A stretch of DNA of 64,000 nt, from positions 351,994 to 415,993 of the forward strand of contig CAZSUC010000001.1 in NCBI GenBank assembly GCA_964610055.1, given 5' to 3'. Below are positions 33,779 to 43,259 of the stretch, piece by piece; the first letter of the stretch is position 1, and the number at the start of each line of letters is the position of its first letter. Under the pieces are notes generated by a model, which saw only the letters and a list, made by a program, of their open reading frames with translations, ran no database searches and had not been told where the DNA came from. A program made the translations under genes and the position numbers. The DNA comes from an uncultured Candidatus Saccharibacteria bacterium. Its GTDB lineage: Bacteria; Patescibacteriota; Andersenbacteria; UBA10190.

Positions 33779-33854
33779 CTATCGTAAAATCAAAGCCGCA
33801 ATTCTTTCGTTTTTATATTGAGTTACGGAATGTGATTGTTAGACATTGCCATAA

Positions 33855-34517
33855 GTGCTATGCTCTCTTGTTATGCAAATACCCTCACAAGAATTTCATT
33901 GGCAATCAATACCACTTTACATTCTGTTAATTGTTGGCTTCTTTTGGTTCACCGGACGAATTAAGGCACTCATGTTATGGATTGCTGCTCTCGAAGCAGA
34001 GAAAGAAATGCAAAATCCGGCATACCATACAACAGGCAGTAGTGATACCTGGGATGCCCAACGAATCATGCATTGGACCGTATGGAGAGATACAATTATT
34101 GCCCAACACAGCTCAAGGGGTGTTGTTATTGGACTCACTGTCACTGCACTAGCCGCTTTTATTGGGTTAGCGGGGAAAGAGGGATTAACGTTTGGTGAAT
34201 TTCTTATTCTAGCCGCTGCCTCTTCGTCCATTTTATTTCAAACAGTTTTGTCGCTTTGGGAGTCACGTAATGAGCGAGAAGTTGCCTTTACATACACACG
34301 GGACCCGAGTGGCAAAAATAAGGATAGGGTAACAAAAAGTTTATTTGATAATATGCTCCGCCAAGCAATACAGCTTTTTACCCTCCTATCGCTTCTTTTG
34401 GTTATACTTTTAATTACCCAGAGAGCCTACCGAGCAGTAAATGATAATTTAGAACAAAATACCTCACCAAGTAACACGCAAATTGAAACACAAGCGAGCG
34501 CCACTGGTAATTCATAA
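33855..34517 (+). CDS. hypothetical polytopic membrane protein
   Basis: 220-aa ORF with several hydrophobic segments. No recognisable family. Confidence 0.4.
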   Translation: MLCSLVMQIPSQEFHWQSIPLYILLIVGFFWFTGRIKALMLWIAALEAEKEMQNPAYHTTGSSDTWDAQRIMHWTVWRDTIIAQHSSRGVVIGLTVTALAAFIGLAGKEGLTFGEFLILAAASSSILFQTVLSLWESRNEREVAFTYTRDPSGKNKDRVTKSLFDNMLRQAIQLFTLLSLLLVILLITQRAYRAVNDNLEQNTSPSNTQIETQASATGNS

Positions 34518-35064
34518 CAAGCACGGTACTTGTTTAAATATGGACCATATTATTGCCTTTAAACATGGGGCAACTCAGAAGCCCATTATTAAAATTGTTG
34601 ATACTTCAAAGCAAGTTGTGCTTGCGTTTATACCTTTTAAAGGAGAGCATATAACGCTTCATCCCCAAGCAGACGGCCAGATTTTAAGAACCCATAGTTC
34701 AGAACAGAAACTACCCTCTGTTTGGGATGCTGAAAGAGTGCAAATTGCTAAACAACTTGGTTATAAAAACCCCGAAAAGCACGCCACGTATTTTATCCAT
34801 GACACTCTTAAAATATTTTCCAACATGTCAGGCTACTATTTGGGTGGCAGAACGGTTGATTTCTCTCAAGTACCAATTGCAAAAAAGAAGTACAAAACCT
34901 TAAAGAAAACTATTATTGATATGCCGGTAAGCGACTGTATACTTCATATGTATCTCTCAACATCAAATAATCCACGCTCCAGCGCATTTCCTAATGTTCA
35001 AACCTCAATTGGAACAATCATTTTTGAATTTGATACAAGCCCATTATCAAATGTGACTAGTTAG
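34483..35064 (+). CDS. hypothetical protein
   Basis: 193-aa ORF (alternative start Met 34540). No recognisable motifs. Confidence 0.3.
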   Translation: MKHKRAPLVIHNKHGTCLNMDHIIAFKHGATQKPIIKIVDTSKQVVLAFIPFKGEHITLHPQADGQILRTHSSEQKLPSVWDAERVQIAKQLGYKNPEKHATYFIHDTLKIFSNMSGYYLGGRTVDFSQVPIAKKKYKTLKKTIIDMPVSDCILHMYLSTSNNPRSSAFPNVQTSIGTIIFEFDTSPLSNVTS

Positions 35065-35416
35065 TGTCCACAATAGACCTTCCCGACACCAGCGCGATTG
35101 TTCAGGTGGCACTTCATCCTGTAGTGCACGGTACTCGTTTCGCCAGAGCTGCATCAACTTAGCTATCCGGCTGAATGGGATTAATAATCGCCAATGCACC
35201 AAGTCCGCACTGACGTAGCGGTGCCGGGTGAAAACAAGACGGTACTTCTTTATACGAAGCACCTTTCCGCACAGATAAGCAAAAAAGCCCACATCCAATC
35301 ATAATATTATCGTTTAAGTTCTCAATTTTGAATAAAAAAATCCCCGCAGAGGACTCATTAAGTGAATCATGCGGGAAGTTAAGATTATCCTCTATTTTTT
35401 TAATCATATTTGTCAA
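35047..35416 (-). pseudogene. possible frameshifted gene remnant (two overlapping minus-strand ORFs in different frames)
   Basis: 83-aa and 85-aa ORFs overlap out of frame across about 370 nt. This stretch is about 50% GC inside an AT-rich accessory region. There is no intact long ORF on either strand. Confidence 0.2.
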
Positions 35417-35484
35417 ATAATATAAAAATAAATAACATCAGTGGTAAAATAAAACAACTTAATAATCAAAACTCAGTTCCAAAT

Positions 35485-35721
35485 ATGAAAATCCAAGTTT
35501 TCGGTTCAGGCTGCCATTCCTGCCAAAAATTATATGAGCTCGTCCAGCAAGTCATAGCTCATGAAAATATCGCAGCCGAAGTTGAATATATAACTGATAT
35601 TCATCAATTACTTGAACTCGGTTTCGTTCAAGCTCCCGCTCTAGCTATTGATGGTCGCCCCGTTCTTGCCGGCTTTGTGCCCAACGAAAAACAGCTAAAG
35701 GAGATTATTACTCAAAGTTAA
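35485..35721 (+). CDS. thioredoxin-fold 'redox-active disulfide protein 2'-like small protein (CxxC)
   Basis: MKIQVFGSGCHSCQKL… has a CxxC in the first turn, as in the Thioredoxin_3 family. That family typically sits next to DUF318 permeases. Confidence 0.6.
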   Translation: MKIQVFGSGCHSCQKLYELVQQVIAHENIAAEVEYITDIHQLLELGFVQAPALAIDGRPVLAGFVPNEKQLKEIITQS

Positions 35722-35724
35722 AGT

Positions 35725-36690
35725 ATGGATATTTTCTGTCCTCTTCAATTGTTAGTTAATTGGCTGACTTATGATATTTTGTCTCTTGCGCCAAACTCTC
35801 TTTTAGGCGATGCCGTCAATTTTTTTATCTTTGATACCATTAAGATCTTGCTCTTAATGGTCATCATAATTTTCTCAGTCTCCATTCTCAGAACTTTTAT
35901 TCCTCCGGAAAAAATCAGATCATTTCTGTCAGGTAAAAAATCATTTTCCGGCAATTTAATCGCAGCATTGTTTGGCATAATTACTCCATTCTGCACTTGT
36001 AGCGCTATTCCTCTTTTCTTAGGCTTCATTGAAGCCGGAGTACCTTTGGGTGCGACATTTTCTTTTCTCATATCATCACCAATGATAAATGAAGTTGCCC
36101 TAGTTCTATTATTAGGTTCATTTGGTTTGAAAGTGGGCCTAATTTACGTTTTAAGCGGACTTATTATTGCAATTTTATCCGGGTTTCTTATTGATAAAAT
36201 GAACATAGAAGGTTTATTAAATCAATCAGTATTACACCATACCTCCGCGCAACGTTTCACTGACATTAAGCAAACTTGGCCGCAACGTATAAATTATGCT
36301 TTAACATACACCCTAGATATTATTAAAAAAGTCTGGATTTATATTTTAATCGGTATTGGCATTGGCGCCTGGATACACGGTTATGTTCCTGATGATCTAT
36401 TAACAAATTGGGCTGGAAACAATAACTGGTATGCTGTTCCGCTTGCTATCATTATCGGGGTACCTCTTTATTCTAATGCTGCAGGAGTAATCCCGCTCGT
36501 TAGTGCTTTAACTGAAAAAGGTGTCGCTATGGGTACCGTCTTGGCATTTATGATGGCCATAACTGGATTATCTTTGCCAGAATTCATGATTTTAAAACGT
36601 GTGATGCGAACTAAATTACTGCTTATTTTTGGCAGTATTGTTACTGCCGGTATTATCTTTACTGGTTATCTTTTTAACGCCGTACTTTAG
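35725..36690 (+). CDS. DUF318/YraQ/ArsP-family permease
   Basis: 321 aa, about 8 transmembrane segments, with the family-typical TPFCTCS motif (PFCTCSAIPLF) and a second half-repeat. Confidence 0.7.
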   Translation: MDIFCPLQLLVNWLTYDILSLAPNSLLGDAVNFFIFDTIKILLLMVIIIFSVSILRTFIPPEKIRSFLSGKKSFSGNLIAALFGIITPFCTCSAIPLFLGFIEAGVPLGATFSFLISSPMINEVALVLLLGSFGLKVGLIYVLSGLIIAILSGFLIDKMNIEGLLNQSVLHHTSAQRFTDIKQTWPQRINYALTYTLDIIKKVWIYILIGIGIGAWIHGYVPDDLLTNWAGNNNWYAVPLAIIIGVPLYSNAAGVIPLVSALTEKGVAMGTVLAFMMAITGLSLPEFMILKRVMRTKLLLIFGSIVTAGIIFTGYLFNAVL

Positions 36691-36733
36691 AAGAGCATAA
36701 AAACACCCCGGAGCAATTATGCTCCGGGGCTTG

Positions 36734-37444
36734 TCACTTGCGCTTGCACTCGCGCCGCAAGGCTTCAGCGACCTCAAAACGTGAACTCACACCCAGTTTA
36801 TCCAAGATGCTATGCACATGGTTCTTTACCGTGTGAATTGACAGGTTTAATTCGCTTGCAATCTTAGCGTTAGACCATCCTTTGGACAAATAACTAGCAA
36901 TCCTCCTCTCTTGGTTGGTTAAACAGCGTCCTTTAGTTATAATGTCCAAAATTGCTGCCGGCACTAAGCCTATTTTCTCTCCAGCAAAGATGCGTAGTAA
37001 AAGTGCCTGAAAATCTTGTAATCCGTTACTATCTGACACAATCCCAGCAATCCTTCCTGATCCCATCATGTGGGCTAATTGCAATGTCATTGATGTCTCT
37101 CCGAACATGATGATTACAAACAGACTGCCCTTACGACCCCGGCCCCGCTCAATATCAACGATGTCCTGCCAATAGTTGCTTATCGTCTCGTTGTCCATAA
37201 CAACAAAGTCAGGTTTTTTCAAACGCAGCGCATCTAGCAGCCAGTCCTGATCTGGGGGGCTGCGGTTCAAACGTAAACACACCGGTTCAACCGCATCCAT
37301 TTGAGAAATTGCCTCCAACAAAACCTCTTCCCGTAGGAATTGTTGCATCACTACCGCTACTCGGTAGATTCTTGGGGTGATCATGACTTCCTCCTTGTCA
37401 TGAGAGAAAAGAACTGCCTCCAACGCTGCTACATCGTACCCCAA
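36734..37444 (-). CDS. LuxR-family transcriptional regulator (C-terminal HTH; N-terminal degenerate receiver-like domain)
   Basis: C-terminal …LTNQERRIASYLSKGWSNAKIASELNLSIHTVKNHVHSILDKLGV… is a LuxR/GerE HTH. Confidence 0.65.
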   Translation of the reverse strand: MGYDVAALEAVLFSHDKEEVMITPRIYRVAVVMQQFLREEVLLEAISQMDAVEPVCLRLNRSPPDQDWLLDALRLKKPDFVVMDNETISNYWQDIVDIERGRGRKGSLFVIIMFGETSMTLQLAHMMGSGRIAGIVSDSNGLQDFQALLLRIFAGEKIGLVPAAILDIITKGRCLTNQERRIASYLSKGWSNAKIASELNLSIHTVKNHVHSILDKLGVSSRFEVAEALRRECKRK

Positions 37445-38433
37445 AAATTCTTAGCTGTCTCCCAGTATTTTGAGTTACCCCTAATTTCTTTTTCCCAGTA
37501 CCAAAATTCCACTCCCCACCAATATGCTGCCGGCAACTGGGTTCTTTGCGCAAAACTATGGATTTCTTTCAATCTTTCTACTGATAAATTTTGTGCCCGT
37601 TCTTCGTCCGTAATTTCTGTAAACGATACTTGAGCCCATGGTTCACCCTGTAGTTCTGCTATCACCACTTCTTTGTCGCGTAATATTTCAACTATCCGTG
37701 CTTTGGCTCGATACAGCCAGGCGGGGAATAAGTAATCATAATGAAACAGCTTGCCAGTTCGTTGCGAGTATACTGTCCGGTACATTGTTGTTCCTATTAC
37801 GTCACCATACTGCGAAACATCCCACCACCAATTCAATTCACCTGAATCTGTAACCATAATCGGCTTTGTACTTAATGATCGGACTAAAGCTAATTCTTGT
37901 TCGTAAAAATTACGATCAAACGGGGGGCAATTTCCAAAATCAAGCATTGGCTCATTTTCTACCTGCCAAGTTATCACGGCCGGATGATTTTCATAGCGCC
38001 GCACCACCTCTTCAATACTGCGAAGCACTTGTGCTTGTTGCTCGGCTTCACTTAATTCCGCGGCCCATTCCGGCACATGACATTCCGGCCAACGCGGTAC
38101 TTTACGTCCCACAACCATGACAATCTCAGCCTCTCGTTCCTCTGCTTCATCTAACAACCAATCCCATGCCGTAAAATTATACTGATCCTTACTTGGTTCT
38201 AACTCGTCCCAATAAACTGGCAAGCGCATATGCTTTACTCCTAAATCATCTAAAATCGCTATATATGTTTCCTGCCAATCTAAACCAATTCCGCGTGCGT
38301 GTGGCCAAGAAAACGTTACTCCTTGAATTTGTGCTTGGGTATTCCAAAATTTTGGCCACGCCAACAAAATTATCCCGATGATGACAACTCCTAAAAAAAT
38401 TAATATTCCTACACTTACGATCTTCCTAAGCAT
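37429..38433 (-). CDS. membrane-anchored glycoside hydrolase, clan GH-A (GH5/GH42-like)
   Basis: N-terminal transmembrane segment. WQVENEP matches the conserved (W)x(I/V)xNEP acid/base motif of clan GH-A (TIM-barrel) hydrolases. Confidence 0.55.
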   Translation of the reverse strand: MLRKIVSVGILIFLGVVIIGIILLAWPKFWNTQAQIQGVTFSWPHARGIGLDWQETYIAILDDLGVKHMRLPVYWDELEPSKDQYNFTAWDWLLDEAEEREAEIVMVVGRKVPRWPECHVPEWAAELSEAEQQAQVLRSIEEVVRRYENHPAVITWQVENEPMLDFGNCPPFDRNFYEQELALVRSLSTKPIMVTDSGELNWWWDVSQYGDVIGTTMYRTVYSQRTGKLFHYDYLFPAWLYRAKARIVEILRDKEVVIAELQGEPWAQVSFTEITDEERAQNLSVERLKEIHSFAQRTQLPAAYWWGVEFWYWEKEIRGNSKYWETAKNFWGTM

Positions 38434-39364
38434 AGACTAACATCGCCATTCCTAAACTAATCACAATAATCCCGCTCATTTTTTGCACGAGCGACACTCG
38501 CGATAATTCTTCCTGGTATATCTTTGGCCATCGCAGCGACGCTATTGCCGCTAGTACCAATAATGCTAAATATTGCACCCCTTGTAATGCGTTGACTATT
38601 GATACGCTCCCTAAACGAATCGCATAACTTTGCAACATAAAGGCTCCTGCTGCCAATCCTTTATTGCCTATAAAGCCTATTCCAGCCCCAATATTCTGTC
38701 TTCGATTTATGCGTTTTTCTTTCTTCTTCGGCTGTCTTGTTTTTAACCAAGAACCAATTAAAGCCAATGCCAACACTGATTCGCATACGCGTCCATACAT
38801 AAATGCTAATAGGAAGGTAGGGGAGTTATCGTATAAAAATTTTACCGCCGTAAAATACGCCGCAAACAATAATCCACTTGTTATAATCAAAACCAAATCG
38901 CGACTACTAATTCGTTGTCTGTGCTGCCAAGAAAATGATAATAAAATTCCTCCTACAATTACCGCAATGCTACCCCAATAACTTAAAGCACTTAACCGTT
39001 CGCCTAAGAACAATGCTGCCAAAACCAATGTCCATATTGGCACTGCTGCTCCCACTAACGGCACTACTCGCGAAGACTCCTTCTGCTGCAACACCATATA
39101 AAATGTCCACAAAGCAGCCAAATGAAATAGTCCAGATAAACTAGACCACAATATAATAAATCCAGAAGGCCAGGCTTTTACCCAGGGCAGCAAAACTATT
39201 GCTACTCCTGCAGACAAGCCAGAGAAAAACGCATACCGAGCCGGACTGCCCATTACTGATTGGCTTTTCAGTAAACCTTTATCCGCCACAAACACTGCCG
39301 CATTAGCGGTATGTGCCATCACTGCTGACCACAGCCAAATCATGTTCTTATTATATCTAACCAA
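38426..39364 (-). CDS. EamA/DMT-superfamily transporter
   Basis: 312 aa with 10 predicted transmembrane segments in two 5-TM halves. Confidence 0.65.
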   Translation of the reverse strand: MVRYNKNMIWLWSAVMAHTANAAVFVADKGLLKSQSVMGSPARYAFFSGLSAGVAIVLLPWVKAWPSGFIILWSSLSGLFHLAALWTFYMVLQQKESSRVVPLVGAAVPIWTLVLAALFLGERLSALSYWGSIAVIVGGILLSFSWQHRQRISSRDLVLIITSGLLFAAYFTAVKFLYDNSPTFLLAFMYGRVCESVLALALIGSWLKTRQPKKKEKRINRRQNIGAGIGFIGNKGLAAGAFMLQSYAIRLGSVSIVNALQGVQYLALLVLAAIASLRWPKIYQEELSRVSLVQKMSGIIVISLGMAMLVYA

Positions 39365-39417
39365 ACACCCCCGACCAAATTGGTGGGGGTGTTTGTTAAT
39401 CCGATATCAGATTAAAT

Positions 39418-39732
39418 TTATGACCGTTGTTGCATGAAGCAGTCTCGGCAATATACTGGCTTACCTTCCGTAGGTTGGAAGGGCACGCGTGCCACTCCGC
39501 CGCATTTGGCGCAAGTAGTTTCAAACATTTGCCGATCGCCACCACCACCGCGATTATCGCGTTGTGGACGATGCTTAGCAAAACAATCCCGACAGTAAAT
39601 CGGGCGTCCTTGAGTAGGCTGAAAAGGAACTTGTGTTTCCTTTCCGCACTCAGAACAAACCGCGTCAAACGTCGGACGGTCGTCTCGATTATAACTCACT
39701 GATAATTCACCACCTTTCGACAAAGTTACCAA
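39418..39732 (-). CDS. tandem CxxC-x17-CxxC zinc-ribbon protein (hypothetical nucleic-acid-binding)
   Basis: Two internal repeats: CSECGKETQVPFQPTQGRPIYCRDCF and CAKCGGVARVPFQPTEGKPVYCRDCF, separated by a Gly/Arg-rich linker (RDNRGGGGDR). Confidence 0.5.
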   Translation of the reverse strand: MVTLSKGGELSVSYNRDDRPTFDAVCSECGKETQVPFQPTQGRPIYCRDCFAKHRPQRDNRGGGGDRQMFETTCAKCGGVARVPFQPTEGKPVYCRDCFMQQRS

Positions 39733-39902
39733 CGAGGCCTACTTTGCCGCAGGCTGCTATGGCTCACGTGCAAAACTATCCTCTAACCACATCATTGAAT
39801 ATATCTAGAAAAAAGTCAAGGCCAAACCTATTTTGCCAAATGCCATTGAGATTATAGGCCTTGCTCGGTAAGATTAAACAACTAATCCTTCTTTACATAT
39901 TT

Positions 39903-40508
39903 ATGTCATTTTCGTTACCAGATTTGCCCTATGCTTATGATGCTTTAGAGCCTCATTTAGACGCACGCACTTTAGAAATTCATCACACCAAGCATCACCA
40001 AAAGTATACCGATAAACTGAATGAAGCCGTGACTGCGTATCCTGATTTATCTTCACGGACTATTGAAGATATCCTAACCCATTTAGATGCCATTCCGGAT
40101 GAAATTCGTGCCGCCGTCCGTAATCATGGCGGTGGTTACGCTAACCATAATTTTTTCTGGAAAATTATGGCACCAGCTAGCGGGGGAGAGCCAACTGGCG
40201 CCTTAGCTGATGCTCTAACCGCCACTTTTGGTTCTTTTACTGATTTTCAAACGAAGTTTAACGACGTTGCTGCTGGTCAATTTGGTAGCGGTTGGGGATG
40301 GTTAGTTATGGATTCTGATCGCAATCTCAAAATTATGAGTACATCTAATCAAGATTCTCCTTTGTCTAGTGGTCTAACGCCTTTATTAGCAGTTGATGTT
40401 TGGGAGCATTCTTATTATTTGCACTACCAAAATCGTCGTCCTGATTACATAACGGCTTGGTGGAATGTTGTCAATTGGGAAGCCGTAAGTCAGATCTTTA
40501 CCGCCTAA
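39903..40508 (+). CDS. sodA: Fe/Mn superoxide dismutase
   Basis: LPDLPYAYDALEPH…HH.KHH…, D…WEHAYY, and metal ligands are present. The ORF track shows the frame open from 39861, but Met 39903 fits the SOD N-terminus. Confidence 0.9.
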   Translation: MSFSLPDLPYAYDALEPHLDARTLEIHHTKHHQKYTDKLNEAVTAYPDLSSRTIEDILTHLDAIPDEIRAAVRNHGGGYANHNFFWKIMAPASGGEPTGALADALTATFGSFTDFQTKFNDVAAGQFGSGWGWLVMDSDRNLKIMSTSNQDSPLSSGLTPLLAVDVWEHSYYLHYQNRRPDYITAWWNVVNWEAVSQIFTA

Positions 40509-40511
40509 TAT

Positions 40512-42104
40512 TTGCTCGCCCGCCCGCAACCAAGTACTCTAAAGGGGTACTTAAGTTGCGTTATGGAAATTCGCCCCCAAATCAAACAATTAAAATCCGC
40601 TCCTGAAGAAACCCCGACCGTTGCTGGCGGGGAACCAATCACCGTCTCGCCGGCCACAAAACGCATTGCTTTTGCGTATGAGCGTTTTCGTAATACTTTA
40701 GAGCCAGAAGAAGCCGATATCTTACGCCGCCAAGCTATTGTTAGGATCTTGGTTCGTCGGTTAGGAGAAAATCGTCCTCCGCGAGTTTCTGCTGAACAGA
40801 TCTTGCAAGAGCTTATCCGCGCGAATTACATTCCTCCTGTTACTACCGTATCGATTCCGCCTGTCGCTCGGTATCTCGAAAAAATTCAATATTTACGTCA
40901 GCATCTTGATCCCGAGTTAACTGCTTGGTTCCTTAACATTGCTGCTGTTTCTATCGACCGTTTATTCTACCCCTGGACTCGTCAAGAAGGCTTAATTACT
41001 CTCATGTATCAGGATGTTTTTGGCCGGACTGAATGGATGGATGATCTGGTTGCACCAAAAGATCGTCCGACTCAAACTTATATTGCTTGTCATCGCGCTT
41101 TATTCGAAGCGGATGATTATGAGATTACTTACCACTACTTTGTTCATTATTTCCCTGAATGGACAGCTCCTGACGCTAAACCCGAACAACTTAATCGTAT
41201 TGTTCAAGATTTACCTGGTTTTTATGCTCGTCTTACCGAATCAATTAACCACTCTGGCCGCGATCGCCTTACTCGATTATTGCGTCCCGCTTCTGTGCCT
41301 TATCGTATTATTGGCGATTTACTTAAAACTCAGTCAGAAGATCAACTTGCTCGTCCGGAAGATCTAACTGCTGCGACTCAAGAAGCTGTCACTAAGCGAG
41401 CTCAAAAATTACGCAGCAGTATGGGGAAGAGAGCCTGGCATAGCATTCTCTTCTTGTTTTGTACTAAAACTGTTCTTGCTTTTTTGCTCGAAGTTCCATA
41501 TGAGCTATTAGCCGTCAGCGCGATTCATTGGTTAGCCTTAGCCATCAATATTGCTTTTCATCCTTTACTTTTGCTCTTTTTAACCGTTTCTGTCCGTTTG
41601 CCTGGCCATGACAACACCAGTCGCATTGCCGAACAACTACAAAAGATTATTAGCGGCACTGGCGAATTACCAACTATTATCATTCGTAAGCCGCGAAGTT
41701 ACGGAGCCGCAACCTGGACTGTTTTTGCTCTTTTTTATGTCATTCTTTTCTTGCTCATTTTCTGGGGAATCTTCAGTCTTCTTGGGCTCTTGCATTTCTC
41801 GCTCATGGCCATGTTTATGTTTGTCATGTTCTTAGGCTTAGTTAGTTTCTTGGCAATGCGTATTCGTCGTTCGGTTAATCAAATTCGCCTGATCCCTGCT
41901 CGCGAAGGCGCTTTAGGAGCGTTTGTTACTTTCCTTAGTTTGCCAATTTTAGAATTCGGTCGTTGGCTTGCTCAAAACATCCAACAATTAAACGTTTTTC
42001 TTTTCTTCATGGATCATATTTTAGAAGCTCCCTTTAAAATTCTGATTGATATTATTGAAGAGTGGTTTGATTTTGTTCGTGACCGTCAGGAAGAAATCGC
42101 TTAA
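40512..42104 (+). CDS. hypothetical membrane protein (soluble N-terminal about 330 aa, C-terminal about 5 TM)
   Basis: 530-aa ORF (possible start Met 40563). No recognisable family. Confidence 0.4.
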   Translation: MLARPQPSTLKGYLSCVMEIRPQIKQLKSAPEETPTVAGGEPITVSPATKRIAFAYERFRNTLEPEEADILRRQAIVRILVRRLGENRPPRVSAEQILQELIRANYIPPVTTVSIPPVARYLEKIQYLRQHLDPELTAWFLNIAAVSIDRLFYPWTRQEGLITLMYQDVFGRTEWMDDLVAPKDRPTQTYIACHRALFEADDYEITYHYFVHYFPEWTAPDAKPEQLNRIVQDLPGFYARLTESINHSGRDRLTRLLRPASVPYRIIGDLLKTQSEDQLARPEDLTAATQEAVTKRAQKLRSSMGKRAWHSILFLFCTKTVLAFLLEVPYELLAVSAIHWLALAINIAFHPLLLLFLTVSVRLPGHDNTSRIAEQLQKIISGTGELPTIIIRKPRSYGAATWTVFALFYVILFLLIFWGIFSLLGLLHFSLMAMFMFVMFLGLVSFLAMRIRRSVNQIRLIPAREGALGAFVTFLSLPILEFGRWLAQNIQQLNVFLFFMDHILEAPFKILIDIIEEWFDFVRDRQEEIA

Positions 42105-42127
42105 CAAAAACATGCTATACTGTTCTC

Positions 42128-43171
42128 ATGACGTTCGCTGACCTCCTTTTTTTAATTCTCGGAATCGGGTTTGGAGGCGCTGTTATTCTGCTCTTTACTC
42201 GTCGCTCGTCTAATGGATCGCATGATAATCAAAATTTAGTTGATTTTGAGCGTCACCTGTCCGAACGCTTTGATCGCGTTACTTCTCAAATCGATGCTCG
42301 TCTTCGTGAGAATGTTCGTGCTATGGATTCTTCCAAATCCTTTTTAGCTGATCGTGTTAACCATACCGAGCGAGCTGTTCGCGAAGTGACTGCTAACTTA
42401 TCCCGCCTTCAACAAGCAACTAGTGCCCTGAAAGACAGCACTGATGAAATTAGTAGTTTTCAAAACCTGCTTAAAAATCCCAAAATTCGTGGCGGCTTTG
42501 GCGAAGTCCTCTTAAATAATCTTTTAGGCGATGTTTTGCCACGTGATCGCTACGAAATCCAGTATCCTTTGGGCAGCAACAATGAAATTTGTGACGCAAT
42601 TATTAAGCTGCAAGACGGTTACATTGTCGCTATCGACGCTAAATTTCCTCTGGCTAATTACGAAGCTTACTCGGCCGAACCTGATCCTGATCGCAAACGT
42701 ACTATCCGTACTCAATTAATTCGCGACGTTAAAAAGCACGTTACTGATATCAGTCGCAAATACATTTCTCCACGTGATCATACTTTAGATTACGCTTTCA
42801 TGTATGTTCCTATGGAAGGTGTCTATTACGAAACCATGGTACAACAAGGCCAAGAAAGTGGGGGATTATGGGACTATTGCATGCAAGCCCGCGTTGTTCC
42901 GGTTTCGCCCAATAGTATCCTAGCTTATTTGCACACTATTTTAGTTGGACTTCGCGGTATGAAAATTCAAGAACAAGCTAAAGATATTTTGGAGCACTTA
43001 GGCCAATTGCATCAAGATTTTGTCAATTTTAGTGATGATTTTTCTGTTATCGGGAAACACTTAACCAATGCTCGTAATAAATACGATGAATCTACCCGAC
43101 GTTTAGACAAAATCACTAATCGTTTGGATCAAATTGGCACTAACGTCACTCCAGCCGAGCTCGACGAATAA
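42128..43171 (+). CDS. rmuC: DNA recombination protein RmuC-like
   Basis: N-terminal transmembrane segment, a long coiled coil, and a C-terminal nuclease-like region with …AIDAKFPLANYE… and …YAFMYVPMEGVYYE… typical of RmuC. Confidence 0.55.
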   Translation: MTFADLLFLILGIGFGGAVILLFTRRSSNGSHDNQNLVDFERHLSERFDRVTSQIDARLRENVRAMDSSKSFLADRVNHTERAVREVTANLSRLQQATSALKDSTDEISSFQNLLKNPKIRGGFGEVLLNNLLGDVLPRDRYEIQYPLGSNNEICDAIIKLQDGYIVAIDAKFPLANYEAYSAEPDPDRKRTIRTQLIRDVKKHVTDISRKYISPRDHTLDYAFMYVPMEGVYYETMVQQGQESGGLWDYCMQARVVPVSPNSILAYLHTILVGLRGMKIQEQAKDILEHLGQLHQDFVNFSDDFSVIGKHLTNARNKYDESTRRLDKITNRLDQIGTNVTPAELDE

Positions 43172-43259
43172 ATGTGCATAAATCGGATCTCCCGTTATTG
43201 TACGTCTTTTGTTATTATATATACGTTCGGGCAAACATTTCACACACTAATTTATATTT

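Noticed and set aside
33779-35100. Prophage or integrative-element hallmarks (integrase, att repeats) next to tRNA-Glu
   Set aside because: No integrase or recombinase-like ORF and no obvious repeat of the tRNA 3' end were seen. This is kept only as a low-confidence accessory-region observation.
39372-39405. Inverted repeat aacacccccgacc…ggtgggggtgtt between the Zn-ribbon gene and the EamA gene
   Set aside because: It is likely a simple terminator for the upstream minus-strand gene. It is an imperfect stem without a clear U-tract, so it was not called as a feature.
43172-43259. Search for a Cheo/CGAACN4GTTCG or E. coli-type CTGTN8ACAG SOS box upstream of lexA
   Set aside because: No convincing match. 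Only loose AT-rich palindromes (acgt…acgt) are present, so no operator is reported.
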